From: Candidatus Poribacteria bacterium
Lineage (GTDB): Bacteria; Poribacteria; WGA-4E; PCPOR2b
Direction of reading: 5' to 3'
NCBI GenBank assembly: GCA_965215015.1
Contig: OZ244042.1
Span: 5,056,001-5,120,000, forward strand
DNA: 64,000 bases
The notes below the pieces were generated by a model that made no database searches, was not told the DNA's origin, and worked only from the letters and a program-made list of their open reading frames with translations. Positions 27,185 through 36,756 of the stretch are shown here, in pieces (position 1 is the stretch's first letter; each line of letters starts with the position of its first letter). A program made the translations under genes and the position numbers.

Positions 27185-29066
27185 CCGTTTTGCCTCCCCG
27201 CGCGATAAAGTTGATAATCTCCAAAAAACTGATAAAGTCGTCAAATTTCATCCGCTCATTAGCCAGCAGAACGGTTAAATCTTGAACATTTTTATCAATC
27301 CTCTGTTGAAGTTCTGTATCCGAACGAACTTTTTCACTCGTTGCATGTCGGATCAGGCGTGCAAGTTCAGACTCAATAATGCCCGGTAATTTAAGGCCGC
27401 CATCGCGATCGGTCAGACGCGTAAAGACATCGCGGAAAGTATACATGAATTTCTTGGAAACTTCACCTTTTTGGATAATTTCAACGAGGTTTTGACTCGC
27501 TTTAATCATATCAATATTTTCAGGGCCTTCAACCTCGTATTTCCATTTAAAAACTGTCTGCGAGATGTTACCAGAACGTTTCAACAACGCGATACCGAGG
27601 GCGTTTTTCCCTTCAACGGATTTCGCTTCCTGCTCCATAGTACGGGCTCGACTCAACACAGCACCAAGCGGCACTTTGCAATGGGCGATACAGACCCCTG
27701 CAGATGCTGTTGATGCCAAATTCTCATCGCGGCTTAAGTTTGGAAAATCCCATCGAAGCCGATCAAGGATTTTCAGCAAATCACTTAAGTTTGCCAAGGC
27801 GAGCACATCGTCGCCCCCAGCGTAGATGAGCTTTCCAAGGTAGTCTCTATCCACGATCCGCCGAACTTTTGTCGTATACTTATTCAGTTGCCTGCTAATC
27901 TCCGTATGTGCTTCCCAGCCCTTGGCCCGTGAAATGGTTTCTCCCATCCCGTCTCCGTCAAGGGCAATTACCGCAAAGTATCGGTTCGGATCGAAGCCAA
28001 TCTTATTAACTAAGCGTTGACGCAATTTCTCGCACCGCTTAATTGAAAAACGCTGCGCGTTTCTATCAATTCCGTAGTCACGTTCAAGATTTTGTGTCGA
28101 AAACGACTCTTCAAAAAGCCAGTCTCCATCAACATTCCAAGTTTTCTGGATCTTTTTGATCTTGAGTTTTGGCACCGGATCCACAAGCTGATTGTTATTA
28201 GTACCTCCAAGTGTGCTAACCGACTTAACAAACTTCTTGTATATCTCTATTGCATCGTCATCATCTGCAATCCGAAGTTTGAAGTCAGCAGTGGACACCT
28301 CCGATGTTGATTGAAAAGAGAGGGTTCCGATCTCCTCATATCTTTCACCAAAATACAATCCCGTGAGACGTTTGGTGAGACAAACCGTGCAAAGTGCCTC
28401 ACCCCGGCGGCAATATCTTGCACTACGCTGTGCAAACCGCTGCCACCATTCCATTGGATTGCTTTTGCCGTTATGAAATATCTCTCGTTCCCCGCAGAGC
28501 GAGCATTTCCGCCCACTTTCGGCAACCTGATGAAAGGCACGGCAGTTTTTGACGGATGCGAGCCGCGTTCCAGTTTGGGCATACCAATCCTTGTACTCCT
28601 CACCGCCCCTACTCGAAACTACCCAGTAGAGCTCCAAAAAATGCTTAGTCTGTTTTCTAAAAAGCTCAACCGCGTAAGTATCGTTCCACGTTTGATCATC
28701 AACCGTCTTAGCAAAGGTATCAACGGCATGTTTTGCCATCTTCTCAAATTCGCATTGGACAGCCGCTTCGACATGTTTCATTGTGTCGGTTAATTCGCGG
28801 ATTGACAACTCTTCACTCAGAGCGAGAAAGAGATTGGGAAACGATGGCAGCGTAATATCTCTGCCTTCCCAGAATTCAAAAGGTGAATCACTTTCAATTG
28901 AAGGATAGATGATTTTGACACCATCTTTAGGGTAAATCTGATTGATTGCAGTAGCATTGAGATATGATAGAATGTAGCTGCCGAGCCACAAATCTTCCGT
29001 TTTTCGTGCTGTCGTGATAAACTTCTGTACGGGCGTAATCGTGAATAAGATGAGATTTTCAGTCAT
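27159..29066 (-). CDS. cmr2: Cas10/Cmr2 lacking HD nuclease domain
   Basis: Starts directly at PVQKFI..ARKT.DLW.GS; zinc finger CSLCGE...LCTVC; DGDGMG and IYAGGDD cyclase motifs; 635 aa. Confidence 0.93.
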   Translation of the reverse strand: MTENLILFTITPVQKFITTARKTEDLWLGSYILSYLNATAINQIYPKDGVKIIYPSIESDSPFEFWEGRDITLPSFPNLFLALSEELSIRELTDTMKHVEAAVQCEFEKMAKHAVDTFAKTVDDQTWNDTYAVELFRKQTKHFLELYWVVSSRGGEEYKDWYAQTGTRLASVKNCRAFHQVAESGRKCSLCGEREIFHNGKSNPMEWWQRFAQRSARYCRRGEALCTVCLTKRLTGLYFGERYEEIGTLSFQSTSEVSTADFKLRIADDDDAIEIYKKFVKSVSTLGGTNNNQLVDPVPKLKIKKIQKTWNVDGDWLFEESFSTQNLERDYGIDRNAQRFSIKRCEKLRQRLVNKIGFDPNRYFAVIALDGDGMGETISRAKGWEAHTEISRQLNKYTTKVRRIVDRDYLGKLIYAGGDDVLALANLSDLLKILDRLRWDFPNLSRDENLASTASAGVCIAHCKVPLGAVLSRARTMEQEAKSVEGKNALGIALLKRSGNISQTVFKWKYEVEGPENIDMIKASQNLVEIIQKGEVSKKFMYTFRDVFTRLTDRDGGLKLPGIIESELARLIRHATSEKVRSDTELQQRIDKNVQDLTVLLANERMKFDDFISFLEIINFIARGGKTDETVSETE

Positions 29067-29075
29067 TATGCATTC

Positions 29076-29885
29076 CTATGCCAAAATTGCATCAATGAAA
29101 TCCGCCTGTTTCTGCTCGTATGCAAAAACAGAGTTAAGTTGTGTGACAATCGGGGCAAATTTATCGGCGACTTTCTGGATACGAACATGAATCGGCGAAG
29201 CCATCCGAGGGTTGGCACTCCCCAAAGCATTATCCCTGTGATCATGTGTTGCCTGGCCAATCCTGCGGAGGAGCCTATTGACCTCCTCGCATGTATCACC
29301 CAAATAAATCGCTTGGATCGCCGGGTAGTCTGGAATCGGAGTTGTGGGAGCAACCTGAATCTTATTAGGATGTTTCTGGAATCGCCCCGGCAAGATCCCA
29401 TCAAGCGTTTGAAACACTTTGTCTTGGAGTTCCGCGACGGTATCAAAACTCCAATCTTGATAACGAATTGAGCCAAATCCGCGTCGCGAACGATTGCCAA
29501 CACCGCCGAGCAAGAAGCCAAGTTTGGCGATTTTTTCGTACTCGTTAAGTTCTGGGGCCGCGAGTATAAGGTTAAATCTGCCGTTAGGAAGATAAGCTTG
29601 GCTCTTAAAGCTACCAGATTTATGCGGGAGGGGAGCATATTCGCCACGCTGCAATGCAGCGAGACCAGAAATACGAACCGATAAAGGAGATCTGCCTTGC
29701 GTATTACCGAATAAGCGGCTTTCCCTTTCGCGCAAATTGTCCCCGTCTATTTCCCCCACCGTTCCCCGCCACCAGTAGCGAAATAGGGCTTTAAACGGCG
29801 GTGGTCGAAGTTCGGGCTTTTGGTTATCTGGCCCATGAAGAAACATCGGTGTCACGGTTTCAAGTTTCAATTGAACACTTTGCAT
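29076..29885 (-). CDS. cmr1: Cmr1 RAMP protein
   Basis: VTPMFLHG, ELRPPPFKALFRYWWR, GGVGNRSRRGFG, RMASP; RBS aaggag before ATG 29885. Confidence 0.9.
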   Translation of the reverse strand: MQSVQLKLETVTPMFLHGPDNQKPELRPPPFKALFRYWWRGTVGEIDGDNLRERESRLFGNTQGRSPLSVRISGLAALQRGEYAPLPHKSGSFKSQAYLPNGRFNLILAAPELNEYEKIAKLGFLLGGVGNRSRRGFGSIRYQDWSFDTVAELQDKVFQTLDGILPGRFQKHPNKIQVAPTTPIPDYPAIQAIYLGDTCEEVNRLLRRIGQATHDHRDNALGSANPRMASPIHVRIQKVADKFAPIVTQLNSVFAYEQKQADFIDAILA

Positions 29886-30052
29886 TGTGCTCTCCTTGAA
29901 CTGGACTTTAGTCATCCAAAGCAGTAAAATCCGTGAAATTACTTCAACACGTCTAAAATTTTGTTAAAAAAATTGCCATTGAAATACAGTTCACATATCA
30001 TCACACGGTTTAAGTTACATCTCCCGAACACTTTGCAATTTTCTAGAAATGT

Positions 30053-30081
30053 AGCATAATACATCCCTACTTTAATGTCAA
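30053..30081 (-). promoter_or_regulatory. Putative sigma70 promoter of the cmr operon
   Basis: Minus strand TTGACA-N17-TATGCT. Confidence 0.6.
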
Positions 30082-30154
30082 CACTTTTTTCCGAGCGTAC
30101 GGAAATCCGAACGGGCAATAAATTGCCCTACTACAAACCAGGGGGTTTTCCGCT

Positions 30155-31915
30155 TCAGTCAAGCCAATGGTGCTCGCCCTGCACAAACGCATTGCTTTCC
30201 TGTTCTTCCGTTGGTCGGCGGTCGATGAGGGCAAAGCGTTTCACCGGGCGATCCAGTTTTTGGGCCTCTTCGACTAGGCGTTGCACAATCAACCCCATCA
30301 GTGTTGAGCCACCAGTCATGTTGGCTATTACCTGGTCGGCACACAATAGATAAACCCGAGCACGTTCCGCTACCGCATCGATCTCATCAAAACCGCCGAT
30401 CGGGTCTATCAATTCAACCTGTTCAATGCGCCCTTCAAAGCCCGCATGACTAGCAGCTTCAAGAATACCGCCTGCTGATGCTTCTGAACAAATCATCAAA
30501 CAGGTATCGGGTTGGGCGACCTTTATTGCCGAGAACAATACGCCCGGCCGCAGCCCTTGTGGTGAAAGCAGCAGGCGACCACCATTACCGCCCAATGGGG
30601 GCAGGTTAACGGAACCCTTTTTCAGTTCATTCCAAAAATTCCGAACCGCTTCAAGAGATTTGGGAGCCTCTTCAAACACCTCTTCACGCATTGCATGATG
30701 GTGAAGTGCATTGCGTAACTCGTTCGCCAGCTGATTCCAGAAGGTGCCGAATTTTTTCTGCTCCGATGTACTATCTCCGGTTTTGGCAAAGGCACCGAGA
30801 GCCCCAAGGCGGTGCTCATACTGCTGCCGTATTTCGCGGGTCAACCAAGCTCCAGTCTGCTCGTCGAGATTGTCTGACTTCCAAATTGCCCAAGAGACTA
30901 CCCACTCCCGCATTAGACCAGCTGCGAGTGAGAGTTGGCCGCGTTCTAGATACAAATCAATCATATCAGCCTGACGTTCCAACTCATTTTCATCCAAAAG
31001 GATGCTCTGTTTCCATTGCCTCCTCTCTGGAGTCTTTGCAAAGGCCGATTTCCTTGCCACACTGACGATAGTCTTGGTTAGTTCATCAACCAATGGTGGG
31101 AGGCCGGCAACATCCATGAGGGGCAGTTTCTCAATTGAATCAATAAGCTCCCTACTGGCTTTTTCTAATTCTAGGGGTAAGGCAGACTCGTAAGCAAATG
31201 CATACTTTTCAAGCCCAGCAACGGAATACCCGACTTGCTTAACTTGGTCTACCAGCTTTTGAGCTTCACTCTTTTTATTTTTCTTAAATAAATTCGCCTT
31301 TTCCTCATCTAGTCTATCTGCCAGCGGCTGGAGGAGGTCCGCCATGGGCTTGGTTGTTCCCTGATCTCGAAACATCCGTACCGCGTGGAACCATTCCGGC
31401 AATTCGAGTAATGGCTGCAGGTCAATTATGGGCTTCACGTCTTCTGGATCTTCAAACATACCGTAGTAGGCACCGCGAATCTTGACCCCGCGAAGCGATT
31501 TAAGGTAAAGCACCAAAGCATAGAAGATAAATGGAAAATGTCGTAGCCCATGGGTAACATCAAGCGTGAGTTCTGCGCCTTCTGGAATACGGTTGGCAAC
31601 AGATTCAAGAATCTGACTAATTTCTTCACGGTTGTTTCCGTTGGGGATATCAACCACTTCAGGGACAAAGCCTAGCGTCTCACAAATTCCCGTCTGAAAG
31701 ATTGGCCACGTCGTGTCCTTAGCTCCCTGCGTTATTACCACAACAACACGGTTAGGCAGCTGCTCTGGGGATAGAAGTTTCACCAAAGCTAATGGGGCAA
31801 GCTCTGCTTCATCTAGTTGCCCATTCATCTCGTATTTTGTTTTTTTTCTAGATGTCCCCAGACTAGTCAGCAAAATATGCGGCACATTTGAGGAGGGGTG
31901 AGTTGTTATCTCCAT
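30155..31915 (-). CDS. csx1: Csx1-like CARF-HEPN protein with a second, C-terminal CARF domain
   Basis: LLTSLG, LDVTHGLRHFP, HEPN RNALHH; C-terminal LLLSPQGLRPGVL...ANMTGGST is CARF-like. Confidence 0.82.
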   Translation of the reverse strand: MEITTHPSSNVPHILLTSLGTSRKKTKYEMNGQLDEAELAPLALVKLLSPEQLPNRVVVVITQGAKDTTWPIFQTGICETLGFVPEVVDIPNGNNREEISQILESVANRIPEGAELTLDVTHGLRHFPFIFYALVLYLKSLRGVKIRGAYYGMFEDPEDVKPIIDLQPLLELPEWFHAVRMFRDQGTTKPMADLLQPLADRLDEEKANLFKKNKKSEAQKLVDQVKQVGYSVAGLEKYAFAYESALPLELEKASRELIDSIEKLPLMDVAGLPPLVDELTKTIVSVARKSAFAKTPERRQWKQSILLDENELERQADMIDLYLERGQLSLAAGLMREWVVSWAIWKSDNLDEQTGAWLTREIRQQYEHRLGALGAFAKTGDSTSEQKKFGTFWNQLANELRNALHHHAMREEVFEEAPKSLEAVRNFWNELKKGSVNLPPLGGNGGRLLLSPQGLRPGVLFSAIKVAQPDTCLMICSEASAGGILEAASHAGFEGRIEQVELIDPIGGFDEIDAVAERARVYLLCADQVIANMTGGSTLMGLIVQRLVEEAQKLDRPVKRFALIDRRPTEEQESNAFVQGEHHWLD

Positions 31916-32040
31916 AAGGATTGGCTCCAATTTTATTTTTACGCTTAAATTGAATGGGTCTGCGAATGAGATACAATCCTTACGTCATTCCCATAATTGT
32001 ATCTCCATCTTCTGAACACTTTTCGATTTCTGACCGCTAG

Positions 32041-32069
32041 AATGTAACACAACATCACTTTAATATCAA
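32041..32069 (-). promoter_or_regulatory. Putative sigma70 promoter of the CARF-HEPN-CARF gene, homologous to the cmr promoter region
   Basis: Minus strand TTGATA-N17-TACATT with flanks similar to 30018-30143. Confidence 0.55.
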
Positions 32070-32297
32070 CATTTTTTTACGTCTGGATGGGCAAAAAATG
32101 GCCCTACTACAAACCAAGGGAGTTTCGATTCTCTTCCTGTCTGAGCAATGGATTGGGATTCGGAGATCCCTCCTACAAGAGAACTAAATGCTCCTAGAGG
32201 CTGAAGCAAGAAATAGCGTTGATATACCGCCCCCGATGTGATACAATTTGTAAAAATGTTCAAGCGCGCTCATTACCCCAAGGAGGTTTATACAAAA

Positions 32298-33596
32298 GTG
32301 AAAAATAGGGATTGCACCTTGATGAGACGGTTCGCCATGGTGTTATTTGGTACTTGGTATTTAATTGGTAGCGTGTTGAGTGCTAAAGCGGAGTGGCCCC
32401 AATGGAGGGGCCCCAATCGCGATGGAGTCTCCGATGAAGTAGGACTCCTCAAGGAGTGGCCCCCAAATGGCCCCAAAATGCTGTGGACAATCCCACTTGG
32501 AGAAGGGTTTTCTGGCATCTCCGTTTCTCAAGGGCATATCTATACCATGTTCTCCAAAGGGGATGACGAGTTTGTCGTCTGCCTCAACGCCACAGAGGGG
32601 CAGGAAATTTGGCGTTTCCGTTCCGATGACAATTACTATGAGGGTATGGGCGGCAATGGACCCCGTACGACGCCGACGATTGACGGGGATTTCCTCTATA
32701 CAGTCAGTGCCCACGGCAAACTGTATGCCCTAAACGCTGCGAGTGGACAAGAGGTCTGGTCACATGACCTGCAGCAAAAGTTTGGAAGCAAAATGCCGAG
32801 ATGGGGGTTCAGCACATCACCGCTGGTTGATGGGGAGCTGCTTCTGGTCGAAGCTGGTGGGACAGGTGAAAAATCCATCGTTGCTTTTAATAAAAACAGT
32901 GGTGATGTGATATGGAGTTCTCATAAAGACAAACTTGGATACTCATCGCCTATTGCCATCACGGTCAAGGGGGTTCGACAAATCATCTGTTTTACAGGGA
33001 CTCAGCTGGTTTCTCTCTCTCCAACCGATGGAACAATCTACTGGAAATACCGGTGGAAGACTGGCTACGATGTCAACGCCGCCACGCCAGTTTTTATTCC
33101 GCCGGATAAAGTCTTTATATCCTCCGGGTATGACAAGGGTGCCGCTGTACTGCAGATAAGGGTTTTCGTTTCGCCCGATCATGACCGCACGGCGATGCAG
33201 CAAATCAGGGAAAACCAAGGTATAGTGAGGATTAAAGAGATTTGGAAAAATCGCAAAATGAAGAACCAGTTTTCCTCGTCAGTGCTTTATGGGAATCATC
33301 TGTATGGATTTGACAATTCCATCTTAAAATGTATTGATGCAAACACCGGCGAGGAACAGTGGAAGATCCGTGGATTTGGAAAGGGTACGGTAATATTTGC
33401 TGATGGCCACTTGATTATTCTCAGCGATCGCGGCAAGCTGGCCTTAGCCGAGGCAACGCCCGCAGGATACATAGAGAAAACGAGTGCGAAAGTGCTGAGT
33501 GGACTATGCTGGACTGTACCGACGCTTGCAAACGGTAAACTTTATGTGCGAAACGAAGGGGAAATGGTTTGCTTAGACATGACGGGGAAACATTAA
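32298..33596 (+). CDS. Secreted PQQ-like beta-propeller protein
   Basis: RBS aggagg + GTG; EWPQWRGPNRDG, GPRTTP, GYSSP, CWTVP...GKLYVRN. Confidence 0.88.
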   Translation: MKNRDCTLMRRFAMVLFGTWYLIGSVLSAKAEWPQWRGPNRDGVSDEVGLLKEWPPNGPKMLWTIPLGEGFSGISVSQGHIYTMFSKGDDEFVVCLNATEGQEIWRFRSDDNYYEGMGGNGPRTTPTIDGDFLYTVSAHGKLYALNAASGQEVWSHDLQQKFGSKMPRWGFSTSPLVDGELLLVEAGGTGEKSIVAFNKNSGDVIWSSHKDKLGYSSPIAITVKGVRQIICFTGTQLVSLSPTDGTIYWKYRWKTGYDVNAATPVFIPPDKVFISSGYDKGAAVLQIRVFVSPDHDRTAMQQIRENQGIVRIKEIWKNRKMKNQFSSSVLYGNHLYGFDNSILKCIDANTGEEQWKIRGFGKGTVIFADGHLIILSDRGKLALAEATPAGYIEKTSAKVLSGLCWTVPTLANGKLYVRNEGEMVCLDMTGKH

Positions 33597-33896
33597 AAAA
33601 CGGTTCATGTCGAAAGAAAGTGCAAAATGCTAAAGACGTGATGCGTGAAAACCATTTGTTGATGGGTTCACTAATGAACTGGGGCGTGTTGACATTTTGC
33701 TATCACCAATTAGAAATCTTTAAATATCAATAATTTGTAGATTGGGCGTGCTCGCCGAACCTGTAGGTCTATATTCACATCTCGACACAAGACCGTCGAT
33801 TTTGGAAAATTGACCTACTAAATCGGTTTCTGTTGCACGGTTTCTTAATATGAGCTTAAGAAATACCTTCATTACGTCGAGGAGATTTATATAACA

Positions 33897-35147
33897 ATGG
33901 AAGATAAAGTTTGCGCCTTGATTAGACGATTCATTGCGTTATTGTTTGGGGCTTGGTATTTAGTTGGTAGCGTCTTGAACGCTGAAGTAGCAGATAATAG
34001 CAAAGCAGATTGGCCTCAATGGCGTGGCCCAAATCGGGATGGAATTTCGTCTGAAACTGGCTTCCTCAAAAGTTGGCCCAAAGAGGGACCCAAAGTCTTG
34101 TGGCGAATTCCGTTTGGGGATGGCTATTCTGGTATATCCATCGCCCAAGGCAAGATCTATACGATGTTCGCCGAGGGTGATGATGAGTTTGTGATTTGCC
34201 TAGATACGTCTGATGGCAAGGAAATTTGGCGATTTCGGTCAGGTGCTAAATTCACCGAGCAGCGCGGCGATGGCCCTCGCTCGATGCCGACTGTACACGG
34301 CGATTCGGTTTTTGCGCTAGGGGCAGCAGGCACGCTCTACGCCTTAAATGCACGCAACGGGACGAAATTATGGGCACATAATTTTGTAGAGGAATTCAAC
34401 AGCACTATCCCTACTTGGGGATTTTCGTCATCACCCCTAATTGAAGGCAATCTGCTCATCGTTGAAGTTGGCGGTAAAGATGAAAAAGCGATTGTCGCGT
34501 TCGACAAAACAAGCGGCGACGTAGTATGGACGAACCACACAGACGAGGTAGGGTATTCATCGCCCATTCCTATTGATTTCGGTGGGGTTCGACAAATTAT
34601 TTTCTTAACGTCTAAGACGCTCCTTTCCTTGGCACCGGAGGACGGACAGATTTACTGGAAGTACCCCTGGCCAGAAGGCATCAATATCGCCACACCGATT
34701 TTCATACCTGACGATAAAATTTTTATCTCCGCTTCCTACGATAAGGGTGCCGTACTTCTCAGAATGATAGCTGATGAAGATGAGATAGAAATCAAGGAGG
34801 TATGGAAAAGCCGCGTGATGAAGAATCATTTCAACTCATCAGTGCTTCAGGGCGATTATCTATACGGTTTCGACAACGCTATCTTAACCTGCATTGAGGT
34901 AAACACCGGTGAAGAACAGTGGCGGCAGCGCGGCTTCGGAAAAGGTTCCTTGCTGCTTGCAGAGGGCTACCTAATAATCCTTGGCGAGGGCGGGAAACTG
35001 GCATTGGCTGAAGCCGCTCCCAGCGAATACAGAGAAAAAGCCCTTTTCCAATTATTCGATGACAAATGTTGGACCGTACCAACGTTGGCTGGCGGAAAAC
35101 TTTATCTCCGAAACCAGAAAGAGATGGTCTGTCTGGATTTGAGATAA
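33897..35147 (+). CDS. Secreted PQQ-like beta-propeller protein, paralog of 32298-33596
   Basis: DWPQWRGPNRDG and a collinear motif series. Confidence 0.88.
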   Translation: MEDKVCALIRRFIALLFGAWYLVGSVLNAEVADNSKADWPQWRGPNRDGISSETGFLKSWPKEGPKVLWRIPFGDGYSGISIAQGKIYTMFAEGDDEFVICLDTSDGKEIWRFRSGAKFTEQRGDGPRSMPTVHGDSVFALGAAGTLYALNARNGTKLWAHNFVEEFNSTIPTWGFSSSPLIEGNLLIVEVGGKDEKAIVAFDKTSGDVVWTNHTDEVGYSSPIPIDFGGVRQIIFLTSKTLLSLAPEDGQIYWKYPWPEGINIATPIFIPDDKIFISASYDKGAVLLRMIADEDEIEIKEVWKSRVMKNHFNSSVLQGDYLYGFDNAILTCIEVNTGEEQWRQRGFGKGSLLLAEGYLIILGEGGKLALAEAAPSEYREKALFQLFDDKCWTVPTLAGGKLYLRNQKEMVCLDLR

Positions 35148-35375
35148 TCGTTGGGGTAATCTAGCGAAGCGTTGATATTGATGTGGTTCACCTTAAAAAA
35201 TCCTACAACAAAACCGTAGGTACTTGCATCCCGATTGATCAGGAGTCGGAGTTATCCCACCTGTTCTTGCTAATGAACCAACGGTTTTCACGCTTCACTC
35301 TCTTAGCATTTTCCTTTTACATGAGCCATTGATGTTTCTCCACCACATTTTGAATTTTATCTGAGAGGAGCTTTC

Positions 35376-36728
35376 ATGTCCAAAAGTACAGACATTCGGA
35401 TTCTGGATGTCAGTTGTGATTTTGAGGAATATCAATACCGTACCCCGCTCAAATTCGGTGGTGTTCCGATAGATAATTGTGGACTGCTGAATGTGCGTAT
35501 ACAGGTGCAGACACGCGATGGGAAAGAGGCAGTAGGTTTCGGGTCCATGACGCTCAGCAATGTATGGGCGTTTCCACCGCGTTACGTCCCCTTTGACCAA
35601 AGTCTTGAGGCGATGAAGCGTCTCTCAGGACAGCTGGTTGACGCCACACGCGAATGCAATCTGTGCGCTCACCCCGTAGATCTCTCCGAGACCCTTGAAC
35701 CTCAATTCCTGCGAATCGCAGCCAATCTCTCTGCGGAGATGCAGCTCCTCACACCAATTCCGAAGCTCTGCACGGTGGTTACAGCAAGTCCCATTGACGC
35801 AGCCATCCACGATGGATTTGGTAAGGCAAACGGTATCAACAGCTACGATGGGCTCAGTGAAGATTTCATGAGCCACGATCTCTCGCACTACCTTAATGAA
35901 AGATTCGCAGGTAAATACCTTGACCGATACACCCTGCGAAAGCCGAAGCCAAAGATGCCGCTCTACCATCTGGTCGGTGCGCTTGACCCACTAACCGATG
36001 CTGATATCCCGAACCGTCTCAATGACGGACTGCCCGAAACGTTGCCGGAGTGGATTGGCGCAGATGGATTGACACATCTAAAAATTAAGCTGAATGGGGA
36101 TGACTTAGACTGGGATGTGCAGCGGGTGCTTTCGATTGAGAAAATTACCGCCGAAACACAGGCAAAGCGGGATGTGAGTGAATGGTATTACTCTGCGGAC
36201 TTCAATGAAACCTGCCAAGATGTCGAGTACCTGTTGGCGTTTCTGCACAAAATTCGGGAGGGTGAGGGACGCGCCTTTGAACGGTTGGCTTACATCGAGC
36301 AACCGACAAATCGAGATCTCAAGGCACACCCCGAGAACAAAATGCACCGAGCCGCAGAGATTAAACCGGTCGTCATTGACGAGTCCCTGACCGACTTTCA
36401 AACTTTTCAACTCGCACGAGAACAGGGCTATTCTGGCGTCGCACTCAAAGCGTGTAAGGGGCAGTCTCAAGCGTTGCTCATGGGGGCTGCGGCGATTGAA
36501 TACGATATGTTCTTAGCGGTACAAGATTTGACCTGTCCGGGGGCATCGTTCCTGCATTCCGCGGGGCTGGCTGCACGGGTGCCACGAGTTACTGCAATAG
36601 AAGGGAACTCTCGCCAATACTGTCCTGTGGCAAACGAGGCGTGGAAGGACAGATTTCCTTCGATTTTTAATATTAATGACGGAACGGTGGGCACCCATGT
36701 CCTGACAGGCAATGGGCTAGGGCATTAG
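35376..36728 (+). CDS. Enolase superfamily (mandelate racemase/muconate lactonizing-like) protein
   Basis: HLKIKL, D-F-N-E, YIEQP, IDES, ALKACKG motifs. Confidence 0.8.
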   Translation: MSKSTDIRILDVSCDFEEYQYRTPLKFGGVPIDNCGLLNVRIQVQTRDGKEAVGFGSMTLSNVWAFPPRYVPFDQSLEAMKRLSGQLVDATRECNLCAHPVDLSETLEPQFLRIAANLSAEMQLLTPIPKLCTVVTASPIDAAIHDGFGKANGINSYDGLSEDFMSHDLSHYLNERFAGKYLDRYTLRKPKPKMPLYHLVGALDPLTDADIPNRLNDGLPETLPEWIGADGLTHLKIKLNGDDLDWDVQRVLSIEKITAETQAKRDVSEWYYSADFNETCQDVEYLLAFLHKIREGEGRAFERLAYIEQPTNRDLKAHPENKMHRAAEIKPVVIDESLTDFQTFQLAREQGYSGVALKACKGQSQALLMGAAAIEYDMFLAVQDLTCPGASFLHSAGLAARVPRVTAIEGNSRQYCPVANEAWKDRFPSIFNINDGTVGTHVLTGNGLGH

Positions 36729-36756
36729 CAGAAGGGGCTTAATTGACAAATTTTGA

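Noticed and set aside
20440-32240. CRISPR array in or near the cmr locus
   Set aside because: No regularly spaced 25-40-bp repeats found by eye in any intergenic gap. The similarity at 30018 and 32006 is a two-copy promoter/REP block.
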